From assembly GCA_964016885.1 (NCBI GenBank), contig OZ024741.1:371256001-371320000 (forward strand): a stretch of DNA of 64,000 nt. The letters run 5' to 3'. The notes beneath the pieces were generated by a model. The model had not been told where the DNA came from and made no database searches. It saw only the letters and a program-made list of their open reading frames with translations. Of the stretch, positions 1-12,679 are shown piece after piece. A program made the position numbers and the translations under genes. The stretch comes from Eledone cirrhosa (Eukaryota). Within the stretch, counting starts at the first letter, position 1; the number at the start of each line of letters is the position of its first letter.

Positions 1-199
1 CGTATAGAGTTACGGTCCTTGCCATTCTGAGTTCAAATCACGCGGAGTTTGATTTTGCCTTTCATCCTTATGGGGTCTATAAAACAAAGTACCAGTAATG
101 CACTGGTTAATTGCTGGCCTTGTGCCAAAAGTAGAAACAATTATTACATACTTCAAATATTATAATTGTAATTTATTGGTGTTTAAGAGCAGTCTGTCA

Positions 200-1150
200 C
201 AAAATACTAAGAGGTGTTTAGTTACATCAGTTTATGTTTTCTCAGAGGATGATGTCATCAGAACAATTAAAGCGCTCAGCTGTAGCAAGGCCTTTGGCAG
301 GGATGAAATTCAGCCCGAGATGTTAAAAGGCTTAAATAAGGAACGTAATTCTCTGGCTGAATCGTGTCTACCAGGTGGCTTGAATCTTTGGAAAGGCATC
401 TAAGTAATGGCAATCGGGAGTGAAAATCTCAATTTCAAAAGGCGAGACAAGAGAGATTGCTCTTATTATAGAGGGATCTCCTTGTTAAGCATCCCCAGCT
501 AAGTGTCTGGCAAAGAGATATAGAGATTGTCCAGTCCAAGATAGCTGTGGAAAGTGTGGTTTTTGCCCCGGATGCAGTACAGCCGACCAAATATTCACAC
601 ATATCTTTAAGAAATCATGGGAATAATGCCAAGATGTGTATTCTTATTTCATAGATTTTGAAAAGGCATATGCCCGTGTTCTACGGAACCTGTTGTGTAA
701 GCTTTGTGATTTAATGAACAGCTTCTTGTTGCCTTCACGTCCCTTTATGAATGCCCAAGTATTTGTGTTCGGATAAATGCTGCTAAGTTGAAACCATTCA
801 ATGTGGGTGTTAGATACCACTAAAGGTGCATGCTGGTGGGTGTATGATCAATCAGCTATAATTTGCAGATGATGTAGTATTACTTAACTCATCAGAAGAT
901 TATATCTAACATGCACGGGATAGGTTTGCTACTGAGTGCTGCATGGCTGGAATGAAAATCAGTGCTGTGAAGTCTGAGACGTTCATACTCAGAAGGAAAC
1001 CTGCATAGTGCACTCTACATGTTGTTGGATTACCACTGAAGCAGGAGAAGTTCAAGTATTTTGTGGCCATTTTCACAAGGAAAGCAGAAGCCTGAATTCA
1101 GTGCAAGAAATGCAAGAGCTGGTACAGTAATATGCCAGCTTCAGCATTCA
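200..1150 (+). mobile_element. Old, degenerate RTE (Expander/Rex3-like) LINE RT fragment
   Basis: Broken frames read KAFGRDEIQPEMLK, FIDFEKAY, QFADDVVLL; many stops and frameshifts. Confidence 0.7.
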
Positions 1151-1526
1151 GTTATATATATATATATGTGTGTGTGTGTTATGTAATTCCGTAGAAAGGG
1201 TAAATGAATGAAGAGTGCTCTATGTATAGTACAGAGCTATTTAATTACATAAACAACACAATATAATTAATCCATTACCAAAGGTTTCCATTACTGGACG
1301 TTTCTGTTAAGATTGTCTAGTTTCCTGAAACCTTTGGTAATGGAATAATTATATTGTGTTGTTTATTATGTAATTATATATATTAAAGAGTTAAACAAGA
1401 TTCAATGAGTACAGCAAAGAATGAGTTTTACAGTAGATTGGAAGCACTCTACAGAAAAATATTTTCCAGAGTTTTTAATATTAAAATACAAATATTAATA
1501 AGATAGATGTTCCTGTGATCAATTAA

Positions 1527-1579
1527 ATTTTATTATACATATTTCAGAGGTACAACAGTACGTCCTCATCAGATAAAAT
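1527..1579 (-). ncRNA. Minimal type-I hammerhead ribozyme motif
   Basis: Minus strand AUUUUAU-CUGAUGA-[stem II incl. GUAC/uguu/GUAC]-GAAA-UAUGUA-UA-AUAAAAU; perfect 7-bp stem I. Confidence 0.75.
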
Positions 1580-1822
1580 AAAATGATACATGACATACCC
1601 TGAGATATAATGATACATGACATACCCTGAGATGTTAAATGATTAAGATTAATCAAGGTAGTACCTTGATTAATCTTAATCTGAAATATGTATAATAAAA
1701 TTTAATTGATCACAGGAACATCTATCTTATTAATATTTGTATTTTAATATATATATATATATATATATAAATTAATAAAGTAATGAATAAACAAAGAAAC
1801 AGTTCCTTATATTAACAAAAAT

Positions 1823-1964
1823 TCATCATTTTACGATCGTTTCTAGGATATATATGTGTTAGAGTTGGTATGCATATTCTATAGATCTATGTACAATATT
1901 TATACAAACTATCAGAGGGAATATACATACCTACACATATATATGCTGTCTTCAGAAATAATGA
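1823..1964 (-). ncRNA. Type-I hammerhead ribozyme motif with long stem II
   Basis: Minus strand UCAUUAUUU-CUGAAGA-[AUAUAUAUGUG...CACAUAUAUAU]-GAAA-CGAUCG-UA-AAAUGAUGA; 9-bp stem I (one G-U), palindromic stem III, GUA site. Confidence 0.8.
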
Positions 1965-2612
1965 TATTTGTTTATTGAAAAAAACAAAGATTCAATACAA
2001 TAGGTCTGTTTGGGAACAGGTTTTGAATTGACCAATCAGGAGATAGTGAGGGTCAAGATAGTAATATAGTAGTAGAAGAACCTTAAATTATGGGTAGAGG
2101 AAGGTAGATTTCAGTTTTGGATGGAAAAGAATATGAATTAAGGATTATTTTAGGGAAGAAAATAGGTCGTATGCTGACCTCAGAAATAATTTTATTTGTT
2201 CATTGAATGAAACCAACAAAGATCTAATATATTCTGTCTGTTTGGTAAGAGGTTTAGAATTAACCAATAGAAAGTTAATAATTGGCCAAATGGTAAAATA
2301 GTAGTAATTGAAGCTTATTTTAGGGGTGAAAATATGTCAGGTCAGTAAAAGGTATACAAGCAGTTGCTGTTATAAAATAGTAATGCCAATGCAAATATCT
2401 AAGGAGACTAAAGTTTTACGATAAGAGTGTTAGTGAAAAAAATACATCTATGAAAAGAATATAAATTAATTTAATTGATGGGTATATTTATATTGATAAA
2501 ATTATACTAATACATATAGATATGACAAATAAGAGTTAGATGCAGTTGAAAAGTGCTGTTGAAGATGAGGGGAAATTAAAAGAATATAAAAATAATATAT
2601 ATATATATACAT

Positions 2613-4061
2613 ATCAGGGCTCTGTTCTCAGCCCCCTACTATTTATTATTGCCCTTCAGGCTATAACAGAGGAGTTCAAGACAGGCTGCCCATGGGAACT
2701 CCTATACGCAGACGACCTGACACTCATAGCGGAATCAATGGCCGAGCTAGAGAAGAAATTCCAAACATGGAAGCACGGCCTAGAGTCAAAAGGACTTAAA
2801 ATTAACCTGGCTAAGACCAAAGTTCTAGTTTGTAGGAAAGAAAACAAGGCGGCGGTCCCTTCTGGGAAATGGTCGTGCTCGGTGTGTAGGAAAGGCGTAG
2901 GTAGAAACTCCATTTTATGTCCTAAATGCAAAGTATGGGTGCATAAAAGATGTAGTGGGATCACAGGTAAGCTAACTAAGAACATAGATTTTACATGTGG
3001 CCGGTGTTCTGGTGCAATAAGTAGCAGCAAGTGCCCACAAAATACTAGCTCTTTCAATTGCGCAGAGGGTTCTATAGAAATAGTGGACAGCTTCCGTTAC
3101 CTGGGCGATAAAATCAGCAGTGGGGGAGGGTGCTCTGAAAGTACTGTAGCTAGAGTCAGAACTGGTTGGAAAAAGTTCAGAGAGCTTATACCACTATTAG
3201 CTGCTAAAGGGTTCTCCCTAAAAATGAAAGGCAGGTTGTACGATGCCTGCATACGAACAGCAATGCTGCATGGCAGTGAGACCTGGGCATTGTGTGCAGA
3301 GGATATACGCAGACTAGAGAGGAACGAAGCTTGCATGCTCCGCTGGATGTGTAACAGTAATATACGTGAACGGCAAAGCATAAACGAACTAAGGAAAAAA
3401 TTAGAGATAAGAGGGATCAGATGTTGTTTACTCGAGAGAAGGCTACGTTGGTATGGACACGTGATGCGCATGAAAGTCGATAGCTGTATAACAAAGTGCA
3501 GGGCAATAAAGATAGACGGTAGTCACGGAATAGGCAGACCTAGAAAAACCTGGGACGAGCTGATAAACTCCGACATCACACACTTACACCTCTCCAAGAC
3601 AATGTCACTGGACCGAGACCTTTGGCGGTACTCAGTAACAGAGAAGACCCGCCTTACCTAAATATATAGTAAAACCTACTCCAGCCAGTAGGCATCTCTA
3701 ACAAAATACACCCCGTCCCACCACCACCACCCCCACCCCATCCACACCACCCCGTTCTATGTAAAGTTATGTTGGTGCCGCGCCATCCAGGCCGAAACAA
3801 ATGAGATCGTGTAGGTGTCACGACAAAAAAAAACACACAGTCCACGCTGTAATGTGGCCGTGTAGGCAACACGGTAAAAACCTCCCAGACCCACACTGTA
3901 AATGTGGTTGGTGTTAGGAAGGGCATCCAACTGTAGAAAACCCGCCAGACAGTCTTATGCGAGCAAGACATTCACTCTTGCCTCAAGTGGGACTACCCCC
4001 GTCCAAACCCATGCAAGCGTGGAACACGGACGTTAAACGTTGATGATGATGATGATGATGA

Positions 4062-4065
<4 letters not shown>
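2613..4065 (+). mobile_element. 5'-truncated young RTE LINE (family 1)
   Basis: QGSVLSP, LYADD, PHD-like finger, GRPRKTW, 3' UTR and (GAT)n tail; (TA)n on both sides. Confidence 0.93.
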
Positions 4066-4114
<49 letters not shown>

Positions 4115-4646
4115 CATACACACACACATATACACACATATATATATATATATATACACACATATATATATATATACACGCATATATATATATACATACA
4201 TATATACATACACACACATACACACTTACATATACATATAATTATTGGGGGGGGGGGGGGAATTAAATTTATTAGTGAGAAATAATAAATATATATAGAT
4301 TTCAAGGAACATAGAGTCATAACCTGAAGTTAAAGCATTATATATGTTTACTTAATGGTATCAGTTTTAGGAAATGATAGTTGTAAGAAGGAAAGTAAAA
4401 TTATGTGGTTCATCAGTAGTAGAATATTAATTATAGGTTAACTAAATTAAAAACAATTTATATATTAATTTCTAAAGTCTATATTATCTTGACTCTGTTT
4501 TCCGTTTATTTTTCACCGAAAGTAGTTTTTGAATGCATCTTCTCTTTTCATGATATCCGGATTACATTGAGTTCTTCATACGGATTGGACACTACCGTAA
4601 ACTTTTGGTAGATTTATCTACATACATATATATATATATATATATA

Positions 4647-7600
4647 AAAAACGATGCTATAAGCTTTTCTGGGTGGGAAATGACAATGGGCTGGGTGGGG
4701 TAGGAATCATGTTAGCAGAAAAGTGGGCAGATAAGATAATAGACGTAAATAGAGTGAACGACAGAATAATTAAAATAAGACTTGTCCTCAATAAAACTAC
4801 GGTGACAGTAATATCTGCGTACGCACCCCAATCCGGACTGCCCGGCGCTATAAAAGACAGATTCTACGAGACACTGATGTTCGCTACCTCCCAAATAACC
4901 GACAGTGACTATATAGTTATTGCAGGCGACCTAAATGGTCACGTTGGACAACATTGTGACGGCTATGACGGAATCCATGGAGGCTACGGGTTCGGTACTA
5001 GAAATGAGGAAGGCTCCAGAATCCTGGAATTCTGCGACGCAAATAACTTAACTATCTGTAACACTAACTTCAAAAAACGAGACAATCACTTGATCACCTA
5101 TAGATCGGGGGAACACACAAGCCAGGTAGATTATATCCTTACCAGAAGACGTGACAGAGTGTCTGTTGTTAACACTAAATCCCTCCCCCATGAAGAATTC
5201 ACCTCCCAACATAGACTGATAATTAGCGACCTCATAGTCAGGACGAGACGTACTAGACAGCAGAAGAGGACTATCCTCAGGAGAAAAATATGGAAGCTAA
5301 AGGACCCCATAGCCAGAAATAAATTTCAAAGCATATTACTTGACGCTTTCGACAGTAAGGAAGAGCAATTAGAGTCGTATAATATAGAGGAACAGTGGGA
5401 ATTCCTGAGAGCAAACCTGCTGACAGTGGCAGACGAAGTCTGTGGCTGGAGCAGGCCTGTAGGTAGGAGGAGAGTAACATGGTGGTGGAACAGTAAGGTG
5501 GAGGAGTCAATTAAGGCCAAAAAGTAGGCTTGGAAAGTATGGCGGGATGGGGGAAGTAGAGAAGACTATCAAGTGGCCAGGAGGGAAGCTAGGAGACAAG
5601 TGTACTTCGCAAGAAGGGAAGCAGAGGAAAGAAAGTTCAAGCATGTTCTACAACGTGAGGACCAAAAACGTGAGGTGTTCAGGATTGCCAGGCAATGTGT
5701 CAAGGAAAACTGTGATATTGTCGGGGAGAAGTGTGTACTTAACGATGATGGCATACTTGCCATCACCGACGCTGATAAGAAAGTAGCTTGGAAGTGTCAC
5801 TACGAAAGGCTTCTAAATGAGGAGAACAAATGGGAGAAAGACAGTCTCCCCCACATCGACCCAATAGAGGGACCAGCAGTGTTAGTCCAGGGTAGTACAA
5901 TAAGCAAGGCAATCAAAGATATGAAGACGGGTAAGGCGGCTGGTCCTTCGGAAATAGTTGCTGAGATGCTGAAGGCATCTGGTTCGGTGGGACACACCAT
6001 GGTCACCCGGATAGTTAACCAAGTCGTACAGAATGGGGTTGTTCCGAAGGACTGGCGTAGCATCATCATCGTTAACTGCTATAAGGGAAAAGGAGATGCC
6101 CTAGATAGGAGTAACTATAGAGGCATTAAATTAATCGACCAGGTCATGAAGGTCACGGAAAAAGTAATAGCGCAACTAATCAGAGAGAGAATTGATCTAG
6201 ATGAAATGCATTTCGGGTTTGTGTCAGGCAAAAGTACCACAGACGCTCTTTTCATTGTACGACAACTACAGGAGAAGTACCTAGCTAAAAGTAAACCCCT
6301 ATACTTAGCTTTCGTCGACTTGGAGAAAGCCTTCGACAGAGTCCTCCGTTCCATTATCTGGTGGTCTCTTAGAAAACTAGGTGTTGACGAATGGCTTGTG
6401 AGAGCTATACAAGCCATGTATAAAGAAACAGTCAGTAAGGTTAGAATTAACAACGAATATAGTGAAGAGTTTAGCGTAAAAGTTGGTGTCCATCAGGGCT
6501 CTGTTCTTAGCCCCCTACTATTTATTATTGCCCTTCAGGCTATAACAGAGGAGTTCAAGACCGGCTGCCCATGGGAACTCCTATACGCAGATGATCTAAC
6601 GCTCATAGCTGAATCAATGACCGAACTAGAGAAGAAGTTCCAAACATGGAAGCACGGCCTAGAATCAAAAGGCCTTAAAATTAACCTGGCTAAGACTAAA
6701 GTTCTAGTTTGTAGGAAAGAAAATAAGGCGGCGGTCCCATCTGGGAAATGGCCATGCTCAGTGTGTAGGAAAGGCGTAGGTAGAAACTCCATTTTATGTC
6801 CCAAATGCAAAGTATGGGTGCATAAAAGCTGTAGTGGGATCACAGGTAAGCTAACTAAGAACATAGATTTTACATGTGGCTGGTGCTCTGGTGCAATAAG
6901 TAGCAGCAAGTGCCCACAAAATACTAGCTCCTTCAACTGCGCAGAGGGTTCTATAGAAATAGTGGACAGCTTCTGTTACCTGGGTGACAAAATCAGCAGT
7001 GGGGGAGGGTGCTCTGAAAGTACAGTAGCTAGAGTCAGAACTGGATGGAAAAAGTTCAGAGAGCTTATACCACTATTAGCCGCTAGAGGGTTCTCCCTAA
7101 AAATGAAAGGCAGGTTATACGATGCCTGCATACGAACAGCAATGCTGCATGGCAGTGAGACCTGGGCATTGTGTGCAGAGGATATACGCAGACTAGAGAG
7201 GAACGAAGCTTGCATGCTCCGCTGGATGTGCAATAGTAATATACGTGAACGGCAAAGCATAAACGAACTAAGGAAAAAATTAGAAATAAGAGGGATCAGA
7301 TGTTGTTTACTCGAGAGAAGGCTACGTTGGTACGGTCACGTGATGCGCATGAAAGACGACAGCTGTATAACAAAGTGCAGGGCAATAAAGATAGACGGTA
7401 GCCACGGAGTAGGCAGACCCAGAAAAACATGGGACGAGCTGATAAATTCCGACCTCACACGCTTACACCTCTCCAAGACAATGTCACTGGACCGAGACCT
7501 TTGGCGGTACTCAGTAATAGAGAAGACTCGCCTTACCTAAATACAAAGTAAAAACCTACTACAGTCAGTAGGCATCTCTATCAAAACACACCCCCGTCCC

Positions 7601-8038
7601 ACCACCTCCACCCCATCCACACCGCCCCTTCAATGTAAAGTTATGTTGGTCCCACAACATCCAGGCCGAAACAAATGAGATCGTGTAGGTGTCACGACAA
7701 AAAACACACAGTCCACGCTGTAAATGTGGCCGTGTAGGCAACACGGTAAAAACCTCCCAGCCCCACACTGTAAATGTGGTTGGTGTTAGGAAGGGCATCC
7801 AGCTGTAGAAAACTCGCCAGACAGTCCACGCTGTAATGTGGCCGTGTAGGCAACACGGTAAAAACCTCCCAGCCCCACACTGTGAATGTGGTTGGTGTTA
7901 GGAAGGGCATCCAACTGTAGAAAATCCGCCAGACAGTCCTATGCGAGCAAGACAACCACTCTTGCCTCAAGTGGGAAAACCCCCGTCCAAACCCATGCAA
8001 GCGTGGAACACGGACGCTAAACCTGATGATGATGATGA

Positions 8039-8042
<4 letters not shown>
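4647..8042 (+). mobile_element. Near full-length RTE LINE ORF (AP endonuclease + RT + PHD finger), one in-frame stop
   Basis: ORFs 4673-5527 (APE: SAYAPQ, GDLNGH, VDYIL, SQH) and 5573-7540 (RT: DLEKAFD, QGSVLSP, YADD) are in the same frame separated by TAG 5525-5527; (GAT)n tail. Confidence 0.95.
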
Positions 8043-8097
<55 letters not shown>

Positions 8098-8169
8098 TAA
8101 GAGATATTAACTGATGATGGTGATTTCTATGTGTGTGTATTTGACTGTGTCACACAGTGGGTGTAGTAT

Positions 8170-8470
8170 GATGGAATGGCTAAGAAGTTTGCTTACAATC
8201 ATTAGCTCTCAGGTTCAATCCCAGACCATGACATTTTGGACATGTGTCATTTACCTTAGCCTCATATCCACCCTTGCTTTGTGTGTGAAACTGGGTAGAC
8301 AGAGCGTGTTTGGAAACTTGTTGGATGAACTGTACCTCTAATTCAAAATATATTCAAGGATACATATGTCTGTAGAATGCTCAGCCACTGATATGTTAAT
8401 TTCATAAGCAGGCTGTCCTGTTGATTGAACAACTGGAACAGTCATCATTGAAATCAACAGAGGTCTACCA
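8170..8470 (+). mobile_element. Degenerate SINE (related copies ~13660-13935 minus, ~14310-14620 plus, ~43360-43560 minus)
   Basis: tRNA-like head with GGTTCAATCC box; shared body ctcagccact...ttaatttca...gcaggctg...ttgat...aacaactg. Confidence 0.6.
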
Positions 8471-8696
8471 TTGTGTGTCATGTTTGTGAGTATCTGTGTG
8501 CATGTGTGTCTGTGTGCATGTGTCTCTGTGTGCATGTGTTTCTGTGTGTGTGTGCATCTGTCTGTGTGCATGTGTGTCTAGGTGCATGTGTGTCTGTGTG
8601 CATGTGTATCTGTATATGTGTTTATGTTTACTGTTTGTTTTATTCTTTTACCAGTTTCAGTCATTAGATTTCAGCCATACTGGGACACCACTTTAA

Positions 8697-8904
8697 CCCT
8701 TTAGCATTTAAACTGGCCATATCTGGCCAGAATTCTCTCACCTCTTATTATTTAAATTGGCCATAACTGGCTGCTCATACTGATGTTAGGGTATTTTTCT
8801 CAAAATAAATAATATCAAAGTCTCGTAGATTCGATATTAAGAGAGATAAAGCCTTTACCGTGAAAATACAATAGTAAATATAGAGTAATGTAAATGCTAA
8901 TGGG
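8697..8904. mobile_element. piggyBac-type MITE family A
   Basis: TTAA|CCCTTTAGCATTTA...TAAATGCTAATGGG|TTAA: TIRs starting CCCT, TTAA duplication. Confidence 0.85.
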
Positions 8905-9121
8905 TTAAAGGGCTTCAGTTGATAATATGGACTCAAGTACTTATTTTTTCAAGTTTAGTACTTATGTCTCATAACTTAGTGGCTTAAGAAATAGAGATCA
9001 ATGGATAAAATATGTACTGGGGTTGATATGATTGATTAAAGTCCTTGACAGTGATATGCCAGCATAAACATTGTGTAATGATTGAAGCCAATAAAAGAAT
9101 AAAAGAAAATGTTATGCTTAA

Positions 9122-9342
9122 CCCTTTAGCATTTACATTATTCCATATTTACTATTCTATTTTCATGGTAAAGGCTTTACCTCACATAATTATTTCACAT
9201 AATATCAAATCTATGAGATTTTGATATTATTTATTTTGTGAACAATACCTTAACTTCAGTATGAGCAGCCAGTTACAGCCAGTTTGAACAGAAAGAGGTG
9301 AGAGAATTCTGGCCAGATACAGAGAGTTTAAATGCTAAAGGG
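9122..9342. mobile_element. piggyBac-type MITE family A, opposite orientation to 8697-8904
   Basis: Same TIRs and reverse-complement interior; right flank tcaa (degenerate TTAA). Confidence 0.85.
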
Positions 9343-9463
9343 TCAAATAGTAATTTATGAAAATAAACAACACTTCTGTAATCAATGTTTTGTTATACTA
9401 AACAAATGTTCACTGGAGACTGCTTAATGACTTTGGTGGAATTACTGTATCTTTTTTAATTAG

Positions 9464-9606
9464 TGTTTGGTGTATGACTTTGCCAAAGAAAACCAACTCA
9501 AGCTATATTCATGGCCGATTGATGTCATGAAAAATAAGTATGATGTTGGTGTTGTAGTGTCTTTTGGACGTCTGATTCCTGGAAAGATTATTCGAATGTT
9601 CCCACA
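9464..9606 (+). CDS. MTFMT: MTFMT internal exon (first coding exon found in window)
   Basis: ttaattag|TGT...CCACA|gtaagt; translates CLVYDFAKENQLKLYSWPIDVMKNKYDVGVVVSFGRLIPGKIIRMFP, resembling the YDVGVVASFGRL region of animal MTFMT; 143 nt, ends phase 2. Confidence 0.93.
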
Positions 9607-10233
9607 GTAAGTAAACAATTTCACACTTTTATCATCATTATCGTTTTCATGTTTACTTTTTTATACAGCATGGGTTGGTTAGAATGTTTAGAGACAATGT
9701 TTTATACATAGATGTCCTTTCTGATGCCAACTCATTTAATCAACTTTTACAACACACAGCAATATGGTGTATCTATTCTAAAAACTGAGATACACGTATT
9801 GAAAAACTGAGATATATATATTGATAAACTGAGATATACATATTGAAAAACTGAGATATACATATTGAAAAGAGCAATTATACTAGTGTCTATAAATATT
9901 ATTAGAACCTTGGTATTTTTTTTTTCTTTAGAACAATGCTGGATGTCCTTCTTCGGACATCAGAAAGAGTGTCCAGCCATACACTGCCTTAAAAAGCTGT
10001 GCTTAACTGATGCCAGCATGGAAAAGTGGATGTAAAAATAATGATGAGCATGACAACAATGAGTACTATATGGACCTATCTAAGTATTGATTTCTAAATT
10101 AAGCATAGTGGAAAGTTGATTATACCAACCCAATATTTTACTTTATTTTATTAACCTAAAGGAGAAGAAAGGCTAAGTTAATCTAGGCAGGGTTTGAATT
10201 CAGAACATAAAGAACTGAAACAAATACTGTTAA

Positions 10234-10454
10234 CCCTTTAGCATTTATACCGGCCATATGTGGCCAGAATTCTCTCACCTCTTTCTGTTCAAACCAGCTG
10301 TAACTTGCTACCCATACTGATGTTAAGGTATTGTTCTCAAAATAAATAATATCAAAATCTCATAGATTCCATATTATGTGGGATAATTATGTGAGGTAAA
10401 GCCTTTACCATGAAAATACAATAGTATATAGAGAGTAATGTAAATGCTAAGGGG
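10234..10454. mobile_element. piggyBac-type MITE family A
   Basis: TTAA|CCCTTTAGCATTTA...TAAATGCTAAGGGG|TTAA. Confidence 0.85.
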
Positions 10455-11865
10455 TTAAGGATTTATCCAATGTTCAAACATCTCTGCCATTCCACTGCCC
10501 TAATGACACATTAGATATTATTTCTAATTTAGACATAAGGCCAACAAACTGGAGGAGAAATTTGATGATATTGACCTTAGTATACCACTGGTACTTTATT
10601 TTATTGACCACGGAATGATGAAAGGTAAAGTTGACCTTAGCGCTATTTGAACTCAGAGTACATACAACCAGAATGAATACTGCAAACATTCTATCTGACA
10701 TGCTAATGACTCTGGCAATCCACCACCCTTTAGATAATGATTGAAAATATTAAGATGGGATGGTCATGGTTGAAATGCCATTTATCAAGGGTCATAGGTG
10801 TGCAAGATCAGATTTGACCTTGGGCTAAACAATATCAACTATCTCCCAGTAGTTTAGGTTGTTGTAGTTGTTTAGCCTCTGGTCAGCCCTGATCCAACAA
10901 ACTCATGATGAAAGACATTCAGAGTCATTGTAAGGTGGAATGGATAATATGGTGTTTCATACTAATTCTACTTTTTCTTTGATAAGTTTCCTCGAAAAAC
11001 CTGGAACATATTCTTATTCATTGATGGAGCAAAATATAGTAATTGTTTCCAACATAAGCAGAAGGCCAGAAATTTTGGAAGAGTGGGTAGTCAATTAAAA
11101 CAACCCAATACATTACTGGTACTATATTTTACTGACCCCAGAAGGATGAAAGGTAAATTTGAGCAAACCAAGATTTGAACTTAGAATCCTGCATTTAGCC
11201 CAACTGTCTACCTCTGAACCACCAATTCAATACCTTGCTCATGCAATCATTTTGCCTTTATCTTTATAAATATTGTCCTGGCATCAAACTTGAGCCATTA
11301 CGTAAATGAGTTGTGTCCAAGCACATAACTTATTGTTTTACTAGTTCCAGTCATTTGGCTGCGACCATGCTGGTGCACCACTTTGAATGTTTATAGTACC
11401 TTTATTTTAAAAGTCTGGTGTCAATTTTGTCAATCTCATTTTGTCAAGCTGCTAATTTATAAGACATACGTATAGAGAGGGAGACACACACGGGGGGTGG
11501 GGGCTTGTACAGTTTCTGTTTACCAAAATTCATTCGCAAGGCATTGGTTAACCCAAGGCTATAGTATAAACACTTGCTCAAGGTGGCAAGCTGCCAAAAA
11601 TGTCTTCATCATCATCATTATTTTACGTCCGCTTTTCCCTGCTTGCAAGGGTTGGACGGGTCCTATTCAGCACAGCATCTCTCCACTTGTCATGGTCCCT
11701 CGTCATCTCCTCGGTGAGCTTCAGTGATCTGAGGTTATGCTCTCACCACCTCCACCTATGTTTTTCGTGGTCTACCTCTACTGCATCTTCCTTCTACTGG
11801 GATTTCTTGGCACTTCTTTACCCAGCTTAATTTCACAGTGTGACTAAATTCATATGGATCTGATT

Positions 11866-12400
11866 CATCATCATCATCATCATCATTTAACATCTATTTT
11901 CCATGCTTGCAAGGTTTAGACAGGTTGTCACATTATAAGGCTAGGCAGTTTAGGTGGCCATGTCTTGCTCATACAATATGTTTTTGGCTTGGGTTTCTTT
12001 GGTTGGGTGCTCTTTCTAATGCCAACCACATTACAGCATATACTGGGAACTTTTTTCATGTCACCACCTCTATCACCTTGCAAAGTGGACTGGATGCTTT
12101 TTGTTGTTATTGCACCAGTACGACCACCTTACAGAATATACTGACTGGGTGTTTTTTTTGTTATGGCACTAGCTCAACCACCTCACAGGATGGATTGGGT
12201 GCTTTTTGTAATGATTCGAATGTGATCACCTTACAGAGTAGTCTAGGTGTTTTTTCTATTGTGGCACCAGTTCAACCACCTTACAGGGTAAATTGGATGC
12301 TTTTTGTCAAGGCACCAGCATGATCACCTTACAGTGTAGGCTGAGTGTTTTTTGTTGTGGCACCAACATGATCACCTTACAGGGTGAACTGGATGCTTTT
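11866..12400 (-). mobile_element. RTE 3' UTR-derived element (old)
   Basis: Starts (CAT)n-ttaacatctattttccatgcttgc, the reverse complement of the RTE tail; internal ~37-bp degenerate subrepeats. Confidence 0.7.
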
Positions 12401-12457
12401 TGTTCTGTATATTTACTTACTTTTGTTAATGCATAATAAATGATTTTATTTTCTTAG

Positions 12458-12580
12458 TGGAATTATTAATGTCCATGCAAGTCTTCTACCTCGTTGGCGT
12501 GGTGCAGCTCCTATCATCCATACAATACTGAATGGAGACACAATTAGTGGTGTTTCAATAATGAAGATCAAGCCAAAACA
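12458..12580 (+). CDS. MTFMT: MTFMT exon with formyltransferase active-site motif
   Basis: ttcttag|...AAAACA|gtaagt; (H)[40 protein letters not shown] carries the Fmt N-x-H-x-SLLP-x-x-RG signature; 123 nt, phase-compatible. Confidence 0.97.
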
Positions 12581-12679
12581 GTAAGTTATCATTAGCTTTT
12601 CTATTAACCCGTTTGATACCAACCCACATAACACTGATACAAAACTGATTGTTTTAAAGTGTTCATATTTATATTAGAG

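Noticed and set aside
2656-3471. Recurring antisense ORFs over RTE copies
   Set aside because: Shadow frames of the LINE RT; they recur only because the element is repeated
3983-4320. Short YIYI/HTHT/MYVC ORFs here and throughout
   Set aside because: Translations of (TA)n, (CA)n and (TATG)n microsatellites
1-9463. Upstream MTFMT exon(s) with transit peptide and FFGT motif
   Set aside because: No convincing match found by eye; probably outside the window, though a short exon could be missed
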